DNA of 64,000 nucleotides from Acanthaster planci (lineage: Eukaryota): positions 1,492,546-1,556,545 of the forward strand of contig NW_019091355.1 of the NCBI RefSeq assembly GCF_001949145.1, read 5' to 3'. Position numbers and translations under genes: made by a program. Below, piece by piece: positions 13,673-25,100 of this stretch (the first letter of the stretch is position 1; every line of letters starts with the position of its first letter). Below the pieces are notes generated by a model, which saw only the letters and a list, made by a program, of their open reading frames with translations, made no database searches and was not told where the DNA came from.

Positions 13673-16600
13673 TTACTGCATACCTGCACCATTGTCCAGT
13701 AGCTGGATTTTTATCGGATCGTACCCTCCTGGTCTTTCGATCGTTGCCCAGACGTTGGCGTAAATCATTGGGCTGAAACCCTGACGGACCTCTGCATAGG
13801 CTACCAGGGGCTCGCCTGAAGCAAACGCCGCGGTGGAATCGCTCAGCTCTGACGTCACAATGATGGGCTCTACGTCATCGTTGGCTGGGTGAGACGAAAT
13901 GGTGATTGTCACCTCTTCAGTCGAGGTGAGGAGGTTAAACACCGTGAATTCCCAGGGCCCAGCCTGAGGTGTAAAGAAGAATCGGTTTCATACGGAACAA
14001 ATAGAAAGTTTAGCGGTCCACGTTTTGCATGGTGGATTCTGTTCAGGGTTTACCATCTTTTGAAATCTCTAATCATCCCACGAGACTACCAATATACTGG
14101 CATGGTCCCCTGCTGCATAAAAGTTTAGCACCACAATTCACCACGTTCTGAGTAGTGCAAGTGCGTATATTTTCCTACCTCAGCCTGTCCTGGAATCGAA
14201 ACCGACAGAATTCTGAAAGAGACGTCTGAGCAGTCGTGGGAGCAGTAGATGAAACTCCCGTTAGGAGATTTGATGGTCACATTGATGGCTGCAACGTACA
14301 AATGTCGGCAAAAGAATCTTCAGTGAGCAGATACTTTTTGTAGTGATGGCGTTTCAGACCCAATATTGCCTCTACGTTACAACTCGTAATGAAAACATAT
14401 ATTCAACATACCCAGCTTGTTTTCTTTTGTCCAGGAGAAAACAAACTCTGTGTTTCTGCCCAAGGTGCTGTCCAGGAAAACGCTACCAGTTCTTGCCTCT
14501 CCACTTGCCAAAGACCACGACGTTCCCATCAACTGAACATCAAAAAACCCTCAGAATGAGACAACGTAGCCATTGAAAGTGAAAGTGGACATAGAGTGAT
14601 GTATGTCAACACTGAATTTAATGAGTCAAGAAATTCCCAAGCTTTCAAAACTGCTGATTTTTGTTTACTCGACAACCTCACCTGCACGCGTTTATCGGCA
14701 TCACCCACATCACCTCTTTGCATGGTGGCAGCGAACGCCTCATCTAGAGCGTTGGATTCAGAACCACCGTCGTTCGAATAGAAGTACGCTTTTCCACCTA
14801 AAACGAATTGGAAAAATGTCGAGTCTGATACATTCATTTTTAAATGACCGCTACCCGTAAACTACAATTTTCACGTCTAGATTGCCACGCTATTCATTCG
14901 TATCGACATTGCCACGTCGATTTGTTGTCTTAGGATAAGGGTAGGGATTTTTTAAGGCAACATCTCTTTGCCTTGTTCGCTCCCCGACCTTATGATTCAC
15001 AGGTCTTGTCATCGCTGAACGCACATCTTCTTTCCGTGTTGTTCATGACCTTCCACGATCATATCCTGGAGGTCCTATTTTTCTCAAACAGCATTAATCA
15101 CTCGATGAATTACGCCTATGATGTTAGTCGATGTGTTTCATATTGTTATACATGTACATCTAAAGTCGATTTGCGAATGCAATACAAGAAAAGGCGATCA
15201 ACTGCATGGGAATTAATTTACCTGTTGCTTCTGACAATTTGGGCAAAATGTGGTCAGCGTCTTGGGTGAAGGCAAGTGTGTAGACAACGACCCCTGACTC
15301 TATGATGTCGTCCATGACGTCAGCTACAGATGGGCTTTCATTCTCCTGTCCATCTGTTATCAACAGAATTATACCACCGGCCGAATCCATGTTTCCCTCC
15401 GAAAGAGTCTTTGCAATAAAAAGATCGAATAATTTATACGATCTTTGAAATGTACCAATTTGTCCCGTTAGTCTTTTTTCATTTGTATGTTATTTCTACC
15501 TGCTCTACAGTAACATTGCTTTTATACCTACCTTTTCAGTTTTCGCTTGATAATGACTATATTCATGACTGAAACAGTAATGTCATCCAAGGATTAAGCT
15601 TGATTTAATGACACAGCAAATTGTAATTTGCCAAAATGTAGGAAACTCTTGCCATGATCATTTTTTAGCATCTAGCCTTTTGATGTTGATTCAGAATTTA
15701 TCATTTTGGTGAGCACAAGTCGCATAAGTCAATAGAAATGTGGCTTTGACATTATACCGGGGGGATATATTTATTTATGAATTTTCATTGAAAATGAAAA
15801 ATCATAAACCCGCCCCTGTGCGCGTACGCAATCCGGAAGACGCCGTCGGTCTTTTTTTATGTCAAGAGTAATGTTGCTGTTTACTAACAAAGAGCGTTGG
15901 CAGGGGAGGATAACTGGTGGGGTAGACGGTACTGCGTTTGAGTGGTTTCTCGACGCTGAAAAGCGGATGCTGGAATTTATTTGTATGAGAAAGACTATTG
16001 ATTTGATGAAGATTCATTACAGGTAATGTTTGGGTTTGCGTACGGTACACACTGGCTTAACCCCCCCCTGTAGGCATGGTGTACGTACACAAAGGCACCA
16101 GCTCACTCTCCCCTACGTGCGTACGTACTTTGTGGACGGCCCCTTAGCTTAGGGTTTACCTGAACTGCTTTTAAGAGACCGCCGCCAATGCCTGTACCGC
16201 CCCCGGGACTTGTTGGCAAGGAGCTGAGGAGAGCATGGCGGTCAGTATCGTTGGCAACCAGCCTTAGAGGTTCGAGAACTGTGCTGAAAGAATTAAACTC
16301 TACGATGCCGATATAGCTACCGTTTAAAACGGTGTAAGAGATGTACTTGGCCGATGAGCTGATCATCTTCTCGAAACGACTGCCGGACTAAAGTAAAATA
16401 AAGACCGTGACGAGGGCAAAAAATTTTAAGTGTGCAGGTCAATCAAAATGGGACACACCAATCTGAGGTCACACCATTACTTGAGACGTCCATGCATTTT
16501 GAAAAGCACAACATCATCGTATTGGTCAAACAAGCACTGACCACGAGTGTAACACCACCACAAAAGCATGGAACCTCTGCATTAATCGCTTCAAAATGGG

Positions 16601-19600
16601 GTTGAAACAATTAGTCTGAATGTGACGTCAGAACTTGCTTCTCTTGAGAGATTTTATTTGGGAGCAGAAACACTTCGTTACTGAGTTAAACTAGAACAAG
16701 TTTGCAGGAATTACCAATGAGCTGTAGTATTGAGCTTGATCAAACAAACTCACCGACATACTGCCAGACGTGTCCAATAGAAGCACCACTCGGATATCCT
16801 GGTGTTGTACTATTGTGATATTTGGTATTAAATCGTCCTCGTTCAGGTCAACAGGTGGATTCGAGTTATCTGACAGGAAATGGTAGCAATGAAACCAGAG
16901 AAAAAAACTGAAGAATGCACGAACTGCATTAATTTGGGGGTCGAGAAGGTTGTTCAGCAAATATGTATTCGAGATCATTTAACCTTGGGATGCAACATCC
17001 AGATATTTTCTTTGAATTTATGAGCAGGTTGTAATATGTTGCTTCCATGGTCCCCAAACTCTGCTTACTTCGGAAGTCCTGATGGTCTTGCAATACTTCC
17101 CAATTGCTGCGACCTCCGCAAAGACGGTTGTGCTTGTTTGGCGCCTCTCGGTTGTGCAGGTTGGGGGTGTCCGAGGTATCGTCGTCACAAAAATATTTGA
17201 TCTGCAAAAATATAGAGCATACGTGTTTTTTCATGAGCTTTCACGCTTTGTGTCGATTAGAGTCATTTGGCTGCATCCGAAAGTTGCGAATGAGGCTTGC
17301 AATAAAACGTGCACATATACCGAACTAAGCCAGTGGGTTGTGTGGCGGATAGCGGTTGCTGCAGCCTGCCATTGAAGATTGTGTTTCTCCTGAGGTGTAC
17401 TACGAGTCCATGTCTCATGGAGGATTTTGACGCTGTGCATGCTTGAAGTTTTGCCATGAATGCACCAAGATGAAGAGCAGCTGCTGCCATAGACGCTATT
17501 CAAGCTGTCTTCAGATGGTACAATCACAAACAAGAGAAGACGCTTTGCATGTAATAAATGTCCTAGCCACGAAGAAAGCAGCTTGAAGAAAGCAACCTGT
17601 TTGTCAGAAAATAATACACATTACAAAAACTGTGACTACATACCGGGGTTAGAGGATAAGTTGAAAACATGATCGAAGACGAAACTTTATCTTGATTGGT
17701 CGATATATAGTACACACAGCGATCCTCGTACCCAGTATCTGGACCACCAACGCAAGGACGGTAGGAATCCGAATAGAAGATCAAGGGGATGCCGTTGTGT
17801 TCGTACGAACACCTGTACCGAAATTGAATGCATAAGGAGAAAACATTACACATCGCAGGATATAGGCCTACTCGGCGCTCATCTAATAATTGTTTGATGA
17901 ATTGCAATTATACATGTCTGTCTGAAGAAATGGGTCATTGGCAATACCTGACTCCTTCGAACTGCTGCGTAAGAGAAGAGAAATAGAACTCTTGGTAGTT
18001 GTCCGGGTCACCAACAGGATCCGGGTACTCGTCGAACAACCCCCAGCGAAAATGACCCCACTCGTGAACGAACACGCGCCCTGCAAGTTGCATTGAAAGA
18101 GAAAATTATTTATTAACGTACATACATTTTAGGCTTAGTTCAAATACCCGGATGATACTTTTCTTTACGCTTCAGATGAATGACGTGGCACAAAACATAT
18201 AAAGTCGAACGACAGTTCACTTAGCTCTTTTCCTAGCTTTCTGTGAGAATAGGGTTTTTTATGACGATATTCATTGAAAAGATATCATGCATATGCATGT
18301 ATTAATTTTCTAAAGGTTTTTAATGACAGTCAAGACTATTAATTCAATGCCTCATGCTTGTGTTAAGTACAAACTTTGGAAACACCATTAATAATTAATG
18401 AGTCGATATCCAATAATGTGATACAGTGTTGCTACTCTGTTAACAGGACAGAGGAAAATACACGTAAAGACTTTTGATATTATCAAGGAAATTTCATACC
18501 CCCCAAAAAAAATCTGTTGCCAATACCTAAAGGACCGTAATAGTGCTCCGTCTTAGGATCTGTCAAAAACTTATCCATGAAATGGATGTGAACACCCTGT
18601 TTGCCACACCCCTGGTACTGCTTGGTGTACTGCAGAGGAGCCCAGCGGGGATTGGGCGGCGCCACGATGACGTCAGCGTAGTCGAACGTCATGTTGCCTG
18701 GCAACTGGTACTCTGGCTTGGGTGTCCATGATTTGGGCACCAAAATGGTGACTTCTTTGAAATAGGCGCGTTTGCGCGTGGCTTCGTACAGGTACTTGGA
18801 CCCCTCGGTGAACATGTACTGTGATTTGAAGAAAGGAGATTTACAATGAGGCTTGACCTTTTGGTCAACACACCAATGACTTTCTGCTAATTTCACAATT
18901 TATTTTCCCCTTAAGGTTTGGGATTTGGGTCAATATACTTGAAAAGGAAAGAACTCCTTTGTTTGCAGATTGCCAACTGGGTGACTCTATAAGATGGGCA
19001 GAGCAACTAGGAATACACTGTAGTTCTGTGTAAAGCTCATCGAATTGTGCCCTAAAATAGCCCGTAACTTCACTTTGAAGCCTCCACCACCAAGTCTTGG
19101 TCTTAGGTGAGTTCAAACTCTGCGTTCGGGAGGGGTCCGTCCAAGAAAAAGACAAGTTTCTTCGTAAAAGTATATGATGGGATTTAAGACTAAGCTAGTG
19201 TGTGATAAAGTAGAACTCAAGGCAAGACTGCGATAGAGCCGTTGTTAATATTTTAGTTGACTGTCTTGAACTTCCTGGACACAGCTTCGTCAGAGCAGCG
19301 GTATCCAAAGATACCAAAAGCATTTTCCTCAGAAACGCAAAGAGGTCCACTCTTATTGCGGGCAAAAGCACTGAACTTTGGAAAAAACACCTTTCTGCTT
19401 TCCTTTGGCCAACCTTGGCTCAAATACATTGAAAAAATATTGTCCGTGGACAACTTTTTATAAGTAGCTTTGCCTAAGCTGTTTGACTACAGGAAAACTG
19501 TGGTGTTTTTTTTCAAGTAACCCATGAAGATAGCAAGAGGGGATAATAGCGGACCGAAATCTGGAGGATAAAAAACGGAAATAACAGATTTTGAAAACTT

Positions 19601-19785
19601 ATTTCACTCACCTTAATCCGTTCAATCAGTGCATCACTCTCTGCGACACTGCTGTGAATGGCAACCACAATACCCGTGTAGCCGTTGTTTTCCAGTCGGA
19701 TGGATGACGGTCTGGTTAAGGCGTCTACGTTTGAGTGAACCAGTAGGAAGGCGGTTACAGTTAAAATCACACCTTGCAGATTCAT
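13673..19785 (-). CDS. CLCA: CLCA-like copy A, 3'-truncated (exons 1-12 only; ~689 aa if intron 12 is read through to the TAA at 13673). Either a secreted form or a partial-duplicate pseudogene
   Basis: Exons (minus): 19785-19612, 18818-18527, 18080-17948, 17812-17644, 17201-17069, 16869-16754, 16387-16160, 15408-15222, 14797-14682, 14532-14412, 14288-14179, 13963-13684. All are GT-AG and phase-compatible. Encodes a signal peptide, NNGYTGIVVAI, ATRKRAYFKEVTILVPKSW, FVHEWGHFRWGLFDEY, HNREAPNKHNRLC, VWA DTSGS / ITDGQEN, and ends at LLDNGAG. Exons 13-15 were not found downstream in the window. Confidence 0.85.
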
Positions 19786-22116
19786 TTCCCTCCGAATTTT
19801 CGCACTTGGCAATCTTTAAAAGGGTTAGATTGCGAAAGCACGACTTTTTCGTAACAAACCAGCAGACCCAAGTAGCGCCTCCAGGTAGAACACATCCGCT
19901 TGCCTGTGGGGCTTAATGTCGAGTGGCTCTGACGGCATGTCTCCCAGACCTCCTGCGGACCTATGCTATTTATTGTATGCGACTCGACTAAATTCGGAAA
20001 TTAGATTAGATACTTTGGGACCCTTCTGATAGGTTAATAGGGCATCGAATATTGCCAAAGCTCCGGGATGGAGAACAGATAAGGGATATTTGTCTAGGTT
20101 TTTAAAGTTGCACTGCTGCCTAAACATTGATTCCACGACTAAGATTTTTCTTCAAACAAGTTAGTTGCTCACTGATAAAAAAGTGCATCTTTTGAAAGAG
20201 GAATATAAACATTACGTAGTTCCTGGATATGTCAGACCATTGAATGTGAATCAATGCTAAGAAGAACACTTTAAGAGGCTACATTCAAAGGTTTACCGGA
20301 GCATTAGCAGTTACCTAGATACTAAAACCTACCACATTATGAGAAGGACATTATCTTTTCTGGGCACAAGTACCCTGTTGACGATAAAATAAGAAGGGAA
20401 AAAAATGCAGGTGCGAGAGACACATGTTGCCGCGCCAGGTTCGAAGCCAAAGCGTCGACGCGACGCACTCCGGATAAAAAAGAGCTGGCCTTGCAGCCTC
20501 GAACAAGAGTGCGCACAGTTAGAAGTGTAGACGTCTTTTTGCAGTCTGTTGGGAAACGTGTGGCAAATTGCGATCAATGGGACGGTGGGTAGTTTCGCGA
20601 CTATCAAAGCGCTTTGCTTAATTAAGGATTTCAACGCACTCAAATCTGAGTCCTTAAGGTTTTCGTGCTCCTTCCTTACACCCACACGCGGAGGGATATC
20701 CTATTACAAAGAAGAACGAAGCATATTTAACTTGTAGCTTATTTAGTTTAACTTGTAATAAAAGCGCCAACGTGTAGGCCAACGCCCTGAGTGCAATATT
20801 TTAGAATATATCATGATACAACCGAAAACATTTAGTTAAAAGCACATTTCCAGGACTTTGCTTCTTGATGATACATTTTATATAGTCTGGACTAGTAAAC
20901 TGCTTGCAATAAACAACTAGTACGTTCAAAACAAACAAATACGGCATGTAATTAGAGTGTACAAAGTCTGCAACTCCCGGATCCGTCACCTTTGAGTTCG
21001 ACCATTACCATATTGCCAAACCTGGAATCAACTATGTGTCATTTCTTTGAGAATATAGCCTATTTTGACAGCATAGGCTGATTCTGCGCGCATAACTAGG
21101 TTTATTAACCCAAATCGCCTTCTCTAATGTTTGCTCGTGTTTAGGTAGAAGCAGGTGGACGTTGTTACGAGTCTCAGGTTGCCACGACGTCAGCTTGTGC
21201 AAAAAAAATCGAAACACGAGTAAAGTTTACAGATATTTCCAAATTAAAAAAGGAACTTCCATCTGTTTTCAAGAGAACGAATGAAATTGCATTATTCCGA
21301 ACAATAAAAAACAACTCAGTTCTCGTGTTCGTTGAAGTAGCACCATAGTACGCTGCAGTTTGATTGGTTTCCGTAATGTAATTATAAACTTTATGATACA
21401 ATCTTCATGTACAATTTTTAAGGTAAGTATTGGTCCGGACAATTTCGTATAACGTTTGCATCCATGCGACTTGTGACGGTTATATACCTTGATGGTTCCA
21501 TAGCTTCAGCGTCCGTGCAATACCGCGAGCAAGTAGGTTGCTGAAATTTACTGGCTAGTTTGCTGCTTGTTTGGGGGCATGTTGGTTTGTTGATTGGTCA
21601 ACACACGGAACCTCGAGTACGTTTTGTCTTGCGGCATTATGACACTTGCCTCTTGACTTGATATTGAGATCGCTCAGTGACTTTAAATAGATCCTTGACG
21701 CCAGCACAACAGGCCTATTAATAGGTACAGAATAAAATATCAAAGGTGCGTTTATTCGTCCATCAACCTGTTAGCTTTGTATTCGCACATGAGATAGCGG
21801 CTAATGGAATCAGCCGGGAATCCCCCTGGACAGCAATCTCTGTATAGAGCAAAATCCCCACTAACAATAATGCTGTCCAAAAAAGTCAACACTTTTGAGT
21901 GACGACGGTAAAATTCCAGATCCGGACTCGGGCTCCTCGGTACGCCATGAGACGCGCTCGACCTATGTGTATGTGAATTTGCCAAGCTGCATGAACATTA
22001 TTAAAAGGTGTCTCCTAGCCTCCAATATCCTTGCTTGGGCAATAGCCAGACAGCCAGTTTAGTTCATTATTTTTCAAAGCTGCAAGTTCGGATATTTCGC
22101 AAACGACAAACCAGGC
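19786..22116. promoter_or_regulatory. Divergent intergenic region between CLCA-A and CLCA-B (promoters and probable 5'UTR exons)
   Basis: The two start codons point away from each other, 2.3 kb apart. Acceptor-like sites lie just before each ATG (TTTTAAAG near 19815 on minus; TTTTTCAAAG near 22079) and a strong donor AAG|GTAAGT lies at 21422. Confidence 0.45.
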
Positions 22117-25100
22117 ATGCTAAAACTGAACCGACAAGCCCCCATCTTGGCCATAGCCGTCCTTCTATTGGTTCATCCAAACGTAGACGCTCTGACCAGG
22201 CCCTCATCGATCAGGCTGGTAAACAACGGCTACACGGGTATCGTGGTTGCCATTCACAGCAATGTCCCGGAGAGTGATGAACTGATCGAACGGATTAAGG
22301 TAGGCTACGGAAAATAGACTTTTGCTTCTGTATTTAGGACCCCATACACAGCAGAGAATGATCGAACGACACGATTAACACTTCCAAGATAAACAACTTT
22401 TTTCAAAATAAAATGCGTTAGTGCATGTACTATAAATCACATCCTTCTTCGTTATGTATGGTTTTGGTTACGTCTAAGTACAAAGTAATAAGTAATTATA
22501 TTAACTGGTTGAAAGGTAAGCGTGTTAATGATATGATATCCGAGCTTAACCTTCGAAAATGGGAAGCACGAAGTTGTTGCTGTGGATATTTGAATGACAG
22601 GCTGTTTGACAAGTCTCATCATTCCAAACCTTCCATCTTCAATTCACAGTACATGTTCACCGAGGGGTCCAAGTACCTATACGAAGCCACGCGCAAACGT
22701 GCCTATTTCAAAGAAGTCACCATTTTGGTGCCCAAATCATGGACGCCCAAGCCAGAGTACCAGTTGCCAGGCAACGTGACGTTCGACTACGCTGACGTCA
22801 TCGTGGCGCCGCCCAATCCCCGCTGGGCTCCTCTGCAGTACACCAAGCAGTACCAGGGGTGTGGCAAACAGGGTGTTCACATCCATTTCATGGATAAGTT
22901 CCTGACAGATCCTAATACTGAGCGCTATTACGGTCCTCTAGGTAAGAATATCGAAATTTATTTTCGATAAGAATCAAACAAATAAGCACAAAGGTTTGTA
23001 AATTGGGAATACTGTTTCCAAAATCCAAGGTTTATATATAAATTGTCCCAGATAACAACTAATGTGAAGTTATGCAGACAATTACACAGTTCCTCTGTTT
23101 AGGGCATTGGTAAACAGATAATTTGCCAAAACTATTCAATCATACACTAAACACTACGCAACAGGATATTGATAAAACTTTTGCAAGTACATCGGGAAAA
23201 TGCCAAATACAAAGTGACCCGCCTTAAAAGTCATGATTAAGTCGTTATCTTTCCAACAAATCAAATTCGTTTACATGCTCACAGAAAAAAAGTGTTGTCT
23301 TCGTTTTTCAACAAAACCTTTAGGGCGCACGCTTGTTCACGAGTGGGGTCATTTTCGCTGGGGATTGTTCGACGAGTACCCGGATCCTGTTGGTGACCCG
23401 GACAACTACAAGGAGTTCTATTTCTCTTCTCTTACGCAGCAGTTCGAAGGAGTCAGGTACGGATCCTTTCACATCGTCAATGGATTAACTTCTCGACCTC
23501 AGTGTGCTCAGTCCAGGGGGCACAAAAAAGACAAATTCATTACTCCATTGAACTAAGATAAAATAAAAATGAGCATGAAGTGAGCATGCGGGAAAGTAAT
23601 CAGTAATTATAACCTAGAAACAACTAGAAAAGGGAAAAGAGGCGACTTAAACTGTGATATTTCTGTGAGTTTGTGTAAACCAAACTGGTTTGTCATCACC
23701 AAGGTGTTTCATTGTGTTTCCTTTGATTATTCTGTCACTACAGATGTTCGTACGAACACAACGCCGTCCCCTTGATCTTCTACCCCAACCAGGTATACTA
23801 CCGCCGTTGTAATGGTGGACCAGATATTGGATACGAGGCTGGCTGTGTGTATTACGTATCGACCAATCAAGATAAAGTTTCGTCTTCGGTCATGTTTTCA
23901 AGCTATCCGCTTCCCCCGGTATGTAGTTGATACCAGAATAACTTTTTTTAATATGATATTGTTAACGAAATCTATTCCCTTCAAAAAGTAATGCATTCAT
24001 GTGTTTGCTTAGTTCTTTTATTCACTGGTTCTTTCCTTTCTGTGGCAGATCAAGTATTTTTGTGACGACGATTCCTCGGACACCCCCAACCTGCACAACC
24101 GAGAGGCGCCAAACAAGCACAACCGTCTTTGCGGAGGTCGCAGCAATTGGGAAGTATTGCGAGACCATCAGGACTTCCGAAGTAAGCAGAGTTGGGAGAC
24201 CATGGAAGCAACATATTACAACCTGCTCATAAATTCAAAGAAAATATCTGGATGTTGCATCCCAAGGTTAAATGATCTCGAATACATATTTGCTGGAGAA
24301 CCTTCCCGACCCCCAAATTAATGCAGTTCGTGCATTCTTCAGTTTTTTCTCTGGTTTCATTGCTACCATTTCCTGTCAGATAACTCGAATCCACCTGTTG
24401 ACCTGAACGAGGACGATTTAATACCAAATATCACAATAGTACAACACCAAGATATCCGAGTGGTGCTTCTATTGGACACGTCTGGCAGTATGTCGGTGAG
24501 TTTGTTTGATCAAGCTCAATGCTACAGCTCATTGGTAATTCCTGCAAACTTGTAGTAGTTTAACTCAGTAACGAAGTGTTTCTGCTCCCAAATAAAGTCT
24601 CCAAAGAGAAGGGAGTTCTGACTTTTAAGCTAACATTTTGAGGTTCCATGCTTTTACGGAGGTGCTACCCTCGCGGCCAATGCTTCCTTGACCAATACGA
24701 TGATGCTGGCCTTACAAAAACAAACAAACAAAACGCCTCACATAGCAGTGTTTCCCATTAGTGTGATTAGTGTGTCCCATTTTGATTGACCTGCACAGTG
24801 AAAATTATTACCCCTCGTCTGGGTTTTTATTTTACTTTAGTCCGGCAGTCGTTTCGAGAAGATGATCAGCTCATCGGCCAAGTACATCTCTTACACCGTT
24901 TTAAACGGTAGCTATATCGGCATCGTAGAGTTTAGTTCTTCCAGCACAGTTCTCGAACCTCTAAGGCTGGTTGCCAACGATACTGACCGCCAGGCTCTCC
25001 TCAGCTCCTTGCCAACAAGTCCCGTGGGCGGTACGGGCATTGGCGGCGGTCTCTTAAAAGCAGTTCAGGTAAACCTTATACCCCTTAAAATTATCTGCGG

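Noticed and set aside
13673..19785. CLCA-A as a mere allelic or haplotig duplicate of B
   Set aside because: Several introns are unalignable and exons 1, 4, 8 and 10 differ substantially, which is too divergent for alleles. The truncation point itself still needs read support.
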